Part shown: positions 6,842 to 15,772 of the stretch, piece by piece
Position numbering within the stretch: position 1 is the first letter of the stretch
Layout: every line of letters starts with the position of its first letter
Source of the DNA: Rhodomicrobium sp.
GTDB taxonomy: Bacteria > Pseudomonadota > Alphaproteobacteria > Rhizobiales > Rhodomicrobiaceae
Length of the DNA stretch: 33,081 nucleotides
Assembly: GCA_052148445.1 (NCBI GenBank)
Contig: JBKQIH010000018.1
Location: 1 to 33,081, forward strand
Direction of reading: 5' to 3'
Notes under the pieces: generated by a model
What the model was told of the DNA's origin: nothing
The model's input: the letters and a program-made list of their open reading frames with translations, nothing else
The model's database searches: none
Position numbers and translations under genes: made by a program

Positions 6842-9619
6842 TCATCGTTTTTGGCATGCCAGCGTACCGCCATGTTGGTCATCTTGCAGCAGTGAAAGAA
6901 CGCAATTCCGCTCCGCCAAGTTATTCTGCGAATAAAGCTGCCCATCGAGATAAGCCTGTAAAGGTGGAGATAGCCACCAACTAAGAGCTACACTTTTATA
7001 GACGATTTGCTTTTTCATGCTCATCATCATTCCGTGCATTTTTTCTTCCGGCTTCATCGTGTTGCCGGTGTAAGTTCTAATAAAGTCCCCAAAGCTCTCC
7101 TGTGGTTGGGGACAGACATGAATTTGGGCTGACGAAGGGATGCCCCCGTTCACTTGTGCTGCATGTTGCGGCAGTTCCAAAATCGTCCCGTATCCGCGCG
7201 CAACCCGCGTCGACATGACCGTGAGGGGGTCTGGCAACGAACCCATGGGCCTGAAGTTGTCTGTGTCCGGAATTTGGGGAGTGGCAGGGAACATAGCCTG
7301 CATGGAGCAGTCGCTCGACGCCTCAAACCAAGATGGCTCGCTTGAGACATGTATTATAAAAGGCAAAAGCCTCCGGTCCAAAGCCTTGATGGCGCGCGCG
7401 ATATCGAGGGCCGTCACGATCCCTGAATTATCGAAATAACCGCCATCGACGACGCTATCGGTGAGTTGAGACCGCCGGTCTCTGACATTAGCATGGGGAC
7501 TCACGAAGGGTGAGCGTGCACTTACGCTCGCCGCAGTGCTCAGGCGGACATCGATAGTAACAGGCTTCCTGTCTTTGCACTTCGTAACTGGGGTAAAGAA
7601 TGACGGTATGAGAGCGGCCGCCCACTGAAGCGGGCTAACGGATGGATAGGTATGGCTCATAGGATCGTAGTATGGGGCGCAGAGAAGTTCATGAAAATCA
7701 TATGTATCCGGGAAGAGCATGCTCCTGCCCGTGCCTAAGGGGTCGGCAATCTTTACCGGCGTTAAGATCACGCGCCGGCCGGTACCGATAGAGGTGGCAT
7801 TCAGGAACAACAGAGGCGTCCAGCTATCTGGGCTAGGCGCCACCATCTGCAAAGGCCCGGATAAGGGTGAGGTTTTCCTTGACGTTCCGTAGACATCGTC
7901 AAACGCATCCTCCCACGCCATTTCGAGGACCCCGGCGCGATCCATGACATGCGGTACCATAGATACCAGAGAGACGTCTCGCGCGAAGTATGCCGTCAGT
8001 ACCGGTGAAACAAAGTCGTTCGATAACGCCGCCTGCAGAGTGTCCTTATAGGTGACATCATCAGTCAGAAAATCGGGCTTCATCGCGCTATTATCTTTCC
8101 CGTCTGCGGTCATGACGCCCGGCTTCGCGGTGGCCAGGTTACGGAACCATAGTCTTTGCCTGTAGAGTGCTTTCCTGAGGCTCGCCGCGCTTTGCTTGGG
8201 CTGTGCTTTCAGGGCACTGACAAAAAACGCCGCTCCGACGGAACCGCCGGAGACACCGGATATGGCGAAAAGCTGCCGGTGAAACTGCCGGCCACCCGGG
8301 TTTATGCGCGGGTCCAGACTGTCGTCTTCAAGCGATCCGAGTAAGCTTGCCAGGAGGAATGCGGCGCGGCTGCCGCCGCCCTCGGCGGCAACGAGGATCG
8401 GACGAGGGCAGCTTGCGAGTTCGGGCCCGCCCGGTGAAAACTGCTCGCACCCTTTCGCATTCCAGCCGCTGGCAGCCTTCCAATCCTTAAGTGCTTCCGC
8501 AAAAGTAACGGGCTTCAAGGCTGCCTGCTGTTCGCTGGATAATTTGGCGATGCGCACATCGTGGCCATCGCCAACGAACAACGAAACGAGAACGCCTCCA
8601 GCGAAGAAGGAAAGAATGAACGGAAACTGGCGGCGTTTGGATAGAAGGGCCAAAATCGTGATGAAAGGCACCCAAGCCCCAAACAAAACGAGCAGCAACG
8701 GGGCGCGGTTTAGAGAAAGGGAATCGGCTATAAAATGCCACGCGGCGTGCAGCTTAGAATAAGAGGACATATCTGGTATAGCAAACAAACCGCTCAGAAT
8801 ATCCGAATAGGATAGGAAATGGATCGCAACAAGGATTGCCAATATTCCGCTGAGACAGCACATATACACCCACATGGAGAGTTCAGCCCGCTGGGCTTCA
8901 ACCCACATCGCTTCCGTAAGGAATTCAGGCTTCGGCCCAGTCAGGCGGAGACTCCTCCCGTCTTGGTTTCGACCAGGCTTGCCCATGAGATTCTCAATGT
9001 GGGTTAGCGATTTTTGCAGAGCCCCTGGCTTGCTGCGCTCAATAGCCTCCATCCGCCGTCTGTAATAACTGATGAATACATTGCGCATCATGATCGCAAT
9101 GATGACGCAGACTGTTGCAACACACAGCGCTATCAAATGGAATGTCAATAACTTCCTAAGAACCAACTCGTGCGCGTTGCCATTCATTGGCATCGGAAGG
9201 GTTCCAGATGCCGAAACCATGCCAGATAATACCGCGACAAAAGCGAAGAGCGCAAAAAAACGAGGAAAAACAAAAATATAGAATTTGAATCGTTTCTCGC
9301 TATCGATACCGATCGAGGCGAAATGCTGGAGCAGCAGCAGGCGTGCTGCAAAGACGAGCGGAAGCGCCCAAACGAAAATGCCAATCAGATAGAAGAAGCT
9401 CCAGTAAAGGGCCTCCTGAACCCAATATGGCCGGGCATCCAGCAAAACATCTTGAACTTGAGGTAACGCCGTAAAAGCGTATAGCGCAACCAGCACGCTC
9501 AGAACGCTGATGAATGAAATTCCCAGAGCGCGAAGAAAGAGCCGCGCTGCTGAGATACGATGGGGAGCGGCTACCGGCTCCGCGGCGGCGCCGTTCAAGA
9601 TATCTTGTTCAGTGCTCAT
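6842..9619 (-). CDS. Multi-pass membrane protein with C-terminal patatin-like phospholipase domain
   Basis: 925 aa from ATG at 9617-9619 (GGAGG 10 nt upstream). About 9 predicted TM helices in the first roughly 350 aa. Patatin blocks GGGSRA (nt about 8366-8380), GVSGG (nt about 8243-8257) and catalytic DGG (nt about 7443-7451). Lower GC than flanking genes. Confidence 0.8.
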   Translation of the reverse strand: MSTEQDILNGAAAEPVAAPHRISAARLFLRALGISFISVLSVLVALYAFTALPQVQDVLLDARPYWVQEALYWSFFYLIGIFVWALPLVFAARLLLLQHFASIGIDSEKRFKFYIFVFPRFFALFAFVAVLSGMVSASGTLPMPMNGNAHELVLRKLLTFHLIALCVATVCVIIAIMMRNVFISYYRRRMEAIERSKPGALQKSLTHIENLMGKPGRNQDGRSLRLTGPKPEFLTEAMWVEAQRAELSMWVYMCCLSGILAILVAIHFLSYSDILSGLFAIPDMSSYSKLHAAWHFIADSLSLNRAPLLLVLFGAWVPFITILALLSKRRQFPFILSFFAGGVLVSLFVGDGHDVRIAKLSSEQQAALKPVTFAEALKDWKAASGWNAKGCEQFSPGGPELASCPRPILVAAEGGGSRAAFLLASLLGSLEDDSLDPRINPGGRQFHRQLFAISGVSGGSVGAAFFVSALKAQPKQSAASLRKALYRQRLWFRNLATAKPGVMTADGKDNSAMKPDFLTDDVTYKDTLQAALSNDFVSPVLTAYFARDVSLVSMVPHVMDRAGVLEMAWEDAFDDVYGTSRKTSPLSGPLQMVAPSPDSWTPLLFLNATSIGTGRRVILTPVKIADPLGTGRSMLFPDTYDFHELLCAPYYDPMSHTYPSVSPLQWAAALIPSFFTPVTKCKDRKPVTIDVRLSTAASVSARSPFVSPHANVRDRRSQLTDSVVDGGYFDNSGIVTALDIARAIKALDRRLLPFIIHVSSEPSWFEASSDCSMQAMFPATPQIPDTDNFRPMGSLPDPLTVMSTRVARGYGTILELPQHAAQVNGGIPSSAQIHVCPQPQESFGDFIRTYTGNTMKPEEKMHGMMMSMKKQIVYKSVALSWWLSPPLQAYLDGQLYSQNNLAERNCVLSLLQDDQHGGTLACQKR

Positions 9620-10599
9620 GACCGAAGTGCCTCCGCACAAGATCTCACAGGGATTGTCACAGTTGCTGCAGAATCCTTCACGGCGAAAACCGTCTAAGCC
9701 AAAGCCATCTCAGCAAATTAGGGCAATGATTCCGCCTAACTGCGTCCTGTTTCAGCAAGTCATACTCGATCTTGTTTTTGCAAGTGAAAACACTTTGCAA
9801 AATCCGCCGGTCACAATCCCGTTACGTTGGCACATAAGAGAAGCCTGGCATTCTCAAGCAAGGAGAGTTCGAGGGACGTGTGTGATGAGTGGCTCAACCA
9901 CAACCGCAGGGATATTGTTTGGTCGCGCGTTATAGCGCTCCAGCTTTGCTTACGCGATAGCGGCCCGCGGATCCGCGAGCAGAAACTCTGAGCTTGGATT
10001 GGGCGCTTGGGCAAGTCCCGTGCCGGTCTGCCTAACCCCTTTGAAGACCGTATATCTGCAGAGGCGTAGCTCCGGAATTCAGGCGAATGGCGGCGGTTTC
10101 CGCGCCTCTCATTGCGCCTGCGACTTTCGGGCATGCTGATGCCAATTTGTTCGATAGCGCGACCGTGTGGGGAGCGCGAGGGCGATGCGTTTTTCTGGCT
10201 TTGCTTTGGGCGATTACGGCTTGGACGGTGGTGCTTTCAGGGGACGCGGCCTTCGCAGATAAGCCTTCGGCTAAGGTTGTCCCGCAATTAGGACATTCCA
10301 TCAAACCGTGCGCTTCGCCGGCACCGCATGAGCTTTGATGTACAGCATTCCGGAAGCAGTATGTCTTCCTTTCGCTTTTACCACGTTCTGAAATTCCTAT
10401 GTTGGGCCGTTGTAGCGCAAATCTAGATCTTATATCATTTAATTGTGCAATTTGGTACAATATCAGTAAACCACGTACTGCCATAGAGCGCGCAAAAATG
10501 GATTGTTAATTGGTACCGGTATGACTAGGCGCCGCAAAGTCAGGCTTACGAGGGGATTTGATAGGACGAATTTTCAAACAATAGACGGAGATACTTCTG

Positions 10600-11694
10600 A
10601 TGGGGTCAGATCCATTGGTCGCACGCATACCAAAAGATGGTTTGCCTCCCGTGCCGCAGGAGGTGGTGCAACCCTTGACACGCGCAGCAATTTTTCTGGC
10701 CGTGACCGTGAACCCAGGTGCCGCCGCTCGCCGGATTGTCCGGGCATTCTGCGGGGACGTTCCCGCGCTCCTTCGCGCTGTGGGTTTCCGCGATATTGAG
10801 GGTAACCTTTCCTGCGTGATGGGTTTTGGGTCCGATGTATGGGATGAACTCTTTGGCTCGCTGCGGCCTGCTGAACTCCATCCGTTCCGCGAACTCCGCG
10901 CCGGGCCCCGCCACGCAGTCTCTACGCCCGGCGATCTTTTCTTCCACATCCGCGCCAAACGCATGGACCTCTGCTTCGAACTGGCGACCCAGATTATGAA
11001 GCGGCTCGGACACGCAGTGACGCCCGTGGATGAAGTGCACGGCTTCAGATATTTCGATGACCGCGATCTGATCGGCTTTGTCGATGGAACGGAGAATCCA
11101 ACGGGTCAAAGCGCTATCGACGCGGCGTATGTCGGCCTGGAGGACGCCGCATTCGCGGGAGGCAGTTATGTGGTGGTCCAAAAGTACCTCCACGATCTGG
11201 CCGGCTGGGACTCGCTAACCACCGAAGCCCAGGAAGGCATCATCGGCCGCAAAAAGCTGTCCGATATAGAACTCGACGATGCCGTTAAGCCAGCGTGTGC
11301 CCATAACGCGCTGGCCACAATCGTGGAGAACGGAAAAGAGATCAAGATCTTACGCGACAACATGCCCTTCGGCAACGCCGCGCAAGGTGAATTCGGCACC
11401 TATTTCATCGGCTACGCGCGCTCGCCTCGAACCATCGAGCAGATGCTGGTGAACATGTTCATCGGCCGTCCCCCCGGCAACTACGACCGGTTGCTGGATT
11501 TCAGCCGGGCTGTAAGCGGCAGTCTCTTCTTCGTCCCGTCCGCGACGTTCCTGGAGAACGCGGGTGAAGGTGAGCCCCCGGCAGCTGCGGAGCTTCCCGG
11601 CGAACCCATCGATACCCCCTCGCAAACAAATGCGCCGGTGCGCGATGGTTCGCTTGGCATAGGCTCCCTCAAAGGAGACCCCTCTCATGAATAA
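10600..11694 (+). CDS. Dye-decolorizing (DyP-type) heme peroxidase with C-terminal encapsulin targeting peptide
   Basis: 364 aa. GFVDGTENP DyP signature. C-terminal ...DGSLGIGSLKGDPSHE matches the SxGSLxIGSLKG cargo-loading peptide. Stop overlaps the encapsulin start. Confidence 0.9.
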   Translation: MGSDPLVARIPKDGLPPVPQEVVQPLTRAAIFLAVTVNPGAAARRIVRAFCGDVPALLRAVGFRDIEGNLSCVMGFGSDVWDELFGSLRPAELHPFRELRAGPRHAVSTPGDLFFHIRAKRMDLCFELATQIMKRLGHAVTPVDEVHGFRYFDDRDLIGFVDGTENPTGQSAIDAAYVGLEDAAFAGGSYVVVQKYLHDLAGWDSLTTEAQEGIIGRKKLSDIELDDAVKPACAHNALATIVENGKEIKILRDNMPFGNAAQGEFGTYFIGYARSPRTIEQMLVNMFIGRPPGNYDRLLDFSRAVSGSLFFVPSATFLENAGEGEPPAAAELPGEPIDTPSQTNAPVRDGSLGIGSLKGDPSHE

Positions 11695-12487
11695 CCTTCA
11701 CCGTGAGCTTGCCCCAATCTCCGATGCGGCGTGGGCTCAGATCGAGGCGGAGACGTCGCGCACCTTTAAGCGCTACCTCGCCGGGCGGCGCGTCGTGGAC
11801 GTGCAAGGACCGGCCGGGGTCGCGCTGCCGGCCATGGGCACGGGGCACCTGCGCAACGTCGAGGCACCAGGAGACGGTGTCCTTGCGCGGCAGCGTGAGG
11901 TGAAAGCGCTCGTCGAATTGCGCGTACCGTTCGATCTCGACCGGCAGCAGATCGATGATGTGGAGCGCGGAGCGAACGATTCGGACTGGCAGCCCGCGAA
12001 GGATGCCGCGCGGCGGCTCGCCTTTGTAGAAGATCGGGCCATCTTCGATGGCAGCGCTGCCGCCGGCATCCAAGGCATCCGCCAGGGGACCAGCAATCCG
12101 GTGATGACGCTTCCGGCTGACGTGCGCGAGTACCCCGGCGCCATCGCCCAAGCCGTTAGCAAGTTGCGTCTCGCCGGCGTCGACGGGCCCTACTCCGTGC
12201 TGCTAAGTGCCGATGCCTATACTGGGCTCAGCGAGGCCAAGGACCACGGATATCCGGTGCTGGAGCACGTCAAGCGCTTGGTGGACGGCAAAATCGTATG
12301 GGCGCCGGCAATCGCGGGTGCATTCGTGCTCACCACCCGCGGCGGCGATTTCGCCTTGTACATCGGCCAGGACGTATCAATTGGCTATTTAAGCCATACG
12401 GATGCAGCCGTCCGCCTATACCTTCAGGAGACATTTACCTTCCTTTTACTCACGGCAGAGGCTTGCGTTGTCTTGGCGCCCTCGTGA
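11687..12487 (+). CDS. Family 1 encapsulin nanocompartment shell protein (HK97 fold, linocin M18-like)
   Basis: 266 aa. Canonical N-terminus MNNLHRELAPISDAAWAQIEAE. 8-nt overlap with the DyP stop. Confidence 0.9.
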   Translation: MNNLHRELAPISDAAWAQIEAETSRTFKRYLAGRRVVDVQGPAGVALPAMGTGHLRNVEAPGDGVLARQREVKALVELRVPFDLDRQQIDDVERGANDSDWQPAKDAARRLAFVEDRAIFDGSAAAGIQGIRQGTSNPVMTLPADVREYPGAIAQAVSKLRLAGVDGPYSVLLSADAYTGLSEAKDHGYPVLEHVKRLVDGKIVWAPAIAGAFVLTTRGGDFALYIGQDVSIGYLSHTDAAVRLYLQETFTFLLLTAEACVVLAPS

Positions 12488-12586
12488 TTCTGCGGGCGCG
12501 CTTCGGCTTCAGCATCTAAGTGCCATAAAAGCGTTGCGGGAATTCCGGTATCGGAACTGATTCAAATATTTGAGGATAGAAGCCTC

Positions 12587-12811
12587 ATGGCAGAGGACAC
12601 CCAGATGAATGACAATGAAACTTTGGGCGAATTGGACATGCGCATCGCCTTGATCCGGGAAAACATCCGCGAGCTTATCGAGCAGGCTGCAGCCTATTCA
12701 GGCGCAGCGGATGAGGACCGCAATGCCGAACGGATCGCGGATCAAGATGCCCGGCTCGCAGAACTCCTCAAGAAGCGTGATTTGATGGTAGGTAAATCCA
12801 GCGAAGCCTAA
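12587..12811 (+). CDS. Hypothetical small acidic coiled-coil protein (74 aa)
   Basis: ATG with GAGGA 10 nt upstream. Predicted helical, E/D/R-rich (..RIALIRENIRELIEQAAAYSG..ARLAELLKKRDL..). No recognisable family. Sits 100 bp downstream of the encapsulin gene. Confidence 0.4.
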   Translation: MAEDTQMNDNETLGELDMRIALIRENIRELIEQAAAYSGAADEDRNAERIADQDARLAELLKKRDLMVGKSSEA

Positions 12812-13119
12812 ACACTTAAGCGGGATGATCTCTGCACAAATAATTGTATTGCGGGTTATCCTCGCTTGGAAAGCCGTTCACCCAAAGTACCCGCGCTCGT
12901 GGTTGTATGATTCATTTAAGCCCGTGGAGGGTAAAATGGGAATGTATCTCTATTCGTGGTTCAATCTCGCGTTGTTTAGCTGGCAGCTCCGGCGTCATTG
13001 AGATGGCGCGTCCGGGGTGCAGTAATTCCAACTGGGCGATGACTGCCTAGGAGGCGGTTGAGTCGCGCTTGCCTCAGGGCAGATCTTCGCATCCGTGACT
13101 TTGTCACTCTCGCAGCAGC

Positions 13120-13180
13120 GGCGGCGGCCGGTCGTTGCCCCTGGCCCGGCTCGGGAAAGCTGTAGTCCGCGGCCGCCGCT
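13120..13180. repeat. GC-only imperfect inverted repeat (about 10-bp stem, about 39-nt loop) in an ORF-free 770-bp gap
   Basis: GGCGGCGGCCG (13120-13130) pairs with CGGCCGCCGCT (13170-13180). No T-run follows, so not a convincing intrinsic terminator. Confidence 0.2.
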
Positions 13181-13582
13181 CGATACGGCCGCTAAGTCCT
13201 TTCGGCTATCGCTTGACCTTCAGCGCCTTCCATTCAGAGTTAGGTCCGGAGAGCTCAGCGACCAGAATTTGGCGAGGCTCCCGGTCTGCAATCTAGGGTC
13301 GTGTTTGATCGGTTTCCTAAAATTTTCGGTTTTGTTAACGTTCTGGCCTTGGTCAGTTATTACAAAGCGAATTGGACCCCGTCATGGAAGTTTCAGGAAG
13401 CCTGATAGCATGTTCGCCCGTCATGGGCAGCGGGTCGGGAGAAGCCGCGCAGGGCACCGGTCAGCCGCGCCGGCAATGATATTTGCGAAACACTAACAAC
13501 ACTTCTCATCTCGGAGCAACACAACTCCTTTGCTCGTCAAACGGTGTTATTGTGTTGTTTTGTAATCATTGTAGAGGATACA

Positions 13583-14155
13583 ATGTCAAAGATCAGTATA
13601 AGCGTGCTTTGGTTTCTAACTATCCTTTCGCTTCAACCGGCTCATGCAGACTCATACACGGACGGCCGCTGGTCTGCTATGAGTGCTGAAATTCAAGTGC
13701 TGAAACAAAAGGGAGACTATAAATTAGCATTTCTGGTATTGGATCATTATATTAAGCAAACAGTTGAGCGGCTTTACCCGAATGACTTCTTGCTTGCTGC
13801 TGCGATGAGGCGTCACGCTTATTTTGGCGAGATGCCGGGCGGCAGGCAAGCACAGCTAATCTCGCTCTGGAATACCATCTCCATGGACATAGAAGACCTT
13901 GGACGAGACGATCCTGTCGTTGCCTATGACTATGCGACGATTGGCGATGCCTATGCTGCGTTGAATGACTTCCGGCAAGCCGAGGCCTATTACTCACAAG
14001 CGATCAAAATACTTACTGCGTCTTTCAGCAGTCCCGACCCCGTTTGGGGAGCAATCAATCCGAAGCCATCCCGAGCATTTGCCGCGAGAGAACGCCACTT
14101 TGGAGCGTTCAATCCGCCAAGTGGCGATGTCCGTGCTTGGATACCCCCGCGATAG
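13583..14155 (+). CDS. Secreted TPR-like repeat protein (hypothetical)
   Basis: ATG 13583 with AGAGGA 7 nt upstream. Signal peptide MSKISISVLWFLTILSLQPAHA. TPR-like helical repeats (..YDYATIGDAYAALNDFRQAEAYYSQAIKI..). Sits in a markedly AT-richer segment. Confidence 0.55.
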   Translation: MSKISISVLWFLTILSLQPAHADSYTDGRWSAMSAEIQVLKQKGDYKLAFLVLDHYIKQTVERLYPNDFLLAAAMRRHAYFGEMPGGRQAQLISLWNTISMDIEDLGRDDPVVAYDYATIGDAYAALNDFRQAEAYYSQAIKILTASFSSPDPVWGAINPKPSRAFAARERHFGAFNPPSGDVRAWIPPR

Positions 14156-14261
14156 CCCGCGGCGGCCCGCCCAATGGAAAACTTTCGCCCGTGGAAAGCT
14201 CGCGCGCCAGACCGCCCTGTACCTGAGAGGTCCGCACCTGAAAGCCTATGCCTAAGCGAAG

Positions 14262-15290
14262 TTATTTTCCGCCGATGATCGCCTTTGCTCCCTCGTGCAA
14301 CTCATTAAGTTCCCTATTGATGGTTTGCACTTCCTTTTCTGCCGCGGTCCACTCCTCTTGTTTCTCCACCGCGTCACGGCTAAACCAGAGGTCGCCCAAC
14401 ACTATTTGCAATACCGCTCTCCGGTTCAAAAGCGCCTCTGTTTCCTTTATCAGCCTCTGACCGCTTTCGCTGCACAATAGCGTGCCCCAATCGTGTTCGG
14501 ATAGGTCAGTGAATAGTGCCATTTGGGTTCGTGTCTTCGCTATAATCTTTGGTTGAGCTTCCGGCTTATCCTCCCGAGGAGAGACCGCAGCGAGTCTTTC
14601 TCCTGCGGCCGGGTTTGCGGTTTCCATTGAGTTCGTAATGGCTGGCTCCCCAGCATCTTTCGCTGCGCCCGCATCTGGGTTGTTCGCCGCCCTACCGGGA
14701 GGGACAATGTGACGATCTTCGCTAGGCTTGAGCGGTGGTCTCTCCGGGCTCGAAGAAATATCAGCAGTCTTACCGTCTATTTTGACCCGGTATAAGGTCT
14801 TTTGAGACTGTCCCGATAAGCGGCGCACCGATTGCTTAGTACAACGGTAGTCAGCCGTTATTTGCATTTTGCAGCCAAGAAATCCTTCAAGGTGCAGAGC
14901 TGTTAAGCGTGGAACTTTACGTGAGACGGCCGATCCATCGCACCATCGGATCACCGCAGTCCGGCATTCAGCACAAGAATTTCTAATAACGACGGTCCTG
15001 GTCTCTCCGCCGTAAGCTTCAAAAGTGAAACAAGGGCTCAGATGCCGATTGGATGCGTTGACAGAGGCAAAAGCTGTAGCGCCATAAAACACAACCGTCG
15101 CCAAATAAAGGTAGAACCTTAGCCGCACGTTCGTTATGCCTTCTAGGTTATTAATCCAGAGACCAAATATTCGCATAACAGTATTGACCGCTGCTCTATA
15201 GAACCGTCGCAATTGCACAGAACTACCGGGATTCGCTTTGGCCACGTCCGCCAAAATGGCGTAATTTCTGAGTGTCTTCGAGGCAGCCAT
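14262..15290 (-). CDS. Hypothetical protein with N-terminal signal-anchor/TM segment, Cys-rich module (6 Cys), Pro/Ala-rich linker and C-terminal helical domain
   Basis: 342-aa ORF in AT-richer DNA, so unlikely to be spurious. Hydrophobic segment LRFYLYLATVVFYGATAFASV. Six Cys in the following 60 aa. Low-complexity PERPPLKPSEDRHIVPPGRAANNPDAGAAKDAGEPA linker. No family recognised. Start codon uncertain, with no clear SD at either candidate ATG. Confidence 0.45.
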   Translation of the reverse strand: MAASKTLRNYAILADVAKANPGSSVQLRRFYRAAVNTVMRIFGLWINNLEGITNVRLRFYLYLATVVFYGATAFASVNASNRHLSPCFTFEAYGGETRTVVIRNSCAECRTAVIRWCDGSAVSRKVPRLTALHLEGFLGCKMQITADYRCTKQSVRRLSGQSQKTLYRVKIDGKTADISSSPERPPLKPSEDRHIVPPGRAANNPDAGAAKDAGEPAITNSMETANPAAGERLAAVSPREDKPEAQPKIIAKTRTQMALFTDLSEHDWGTLLCSESGQRLIKETEALLNRRAVLQIVLGDLWFSRDAVEKQEEWTAAEKEVQTINRELNELHEGAKAIIGGK

Positions 15291-15772
15291 GCTCAGGCAG
15301 GCCCGGGATTGGTGTTGGCGGGCACCAAATGACTGCCGATCACGTTTAGACGCCGATAAACGCGCTGAGCAGCAAACCGTATAAAGCCAATCATAAAAAT
15401 TTTTTTCGCCAAACTTTACCGATGAGCCTAAGTCCTATATATATTCGTTTCATCGCTTCTTGCTGAAAGGAACCGCATGCACTCGGGCCAAAAACAATCT
15501 GCTGGATCGTCCGGCCGATGGCTCATGGCGTGCGCGTGAGCCCTGCCGAAGCCTAAATCTCCCGTCAAAGCCCGCTGCGAGTTTTAAAGCGCTCTGAAAC
15601 TGCGCCTGTCTTCTTGCACCATTGCTTTGAGCCGTTGGAAGCCGCTGGCACCGATCCTCAATAAACCTCGGTTCCGCGCGATGTTTTTTCGCTCGCTGCC
15701 GCGTTCCGGCCGGGCCGCGCTCGTGCAGCGCCGGGCCCACAATCGGACAGCTTCAGTTTCGGAGAAAGAGAG

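Noticed and set aside
6842-6844. TGA between patatin and CHAT-like regions as a selenocysteine or programmed read-through codon
   Set aside because: No SECIS-like hairpin immediately downstream, and the CHAT part is itself truncated. Nonsense mutation or sequencing error is more parsimonious.
10032-10484. 150-aa minus-strand ORF with a CPNCG motif (possible zinc ribbon)
   Set aside because: Only one Cys pair, low-complexity Ala/Ser-rich sequence, no SD, and it overlaps another equally weak ORF on the plus strand.
13095-13496. 133-aa ORF in the ORF-free gap
   Set aside because: Arg/Ser/Pro-rich low-complexity product with no SD. It spans the GC-only inverted repeat, so it is likely non-coding.
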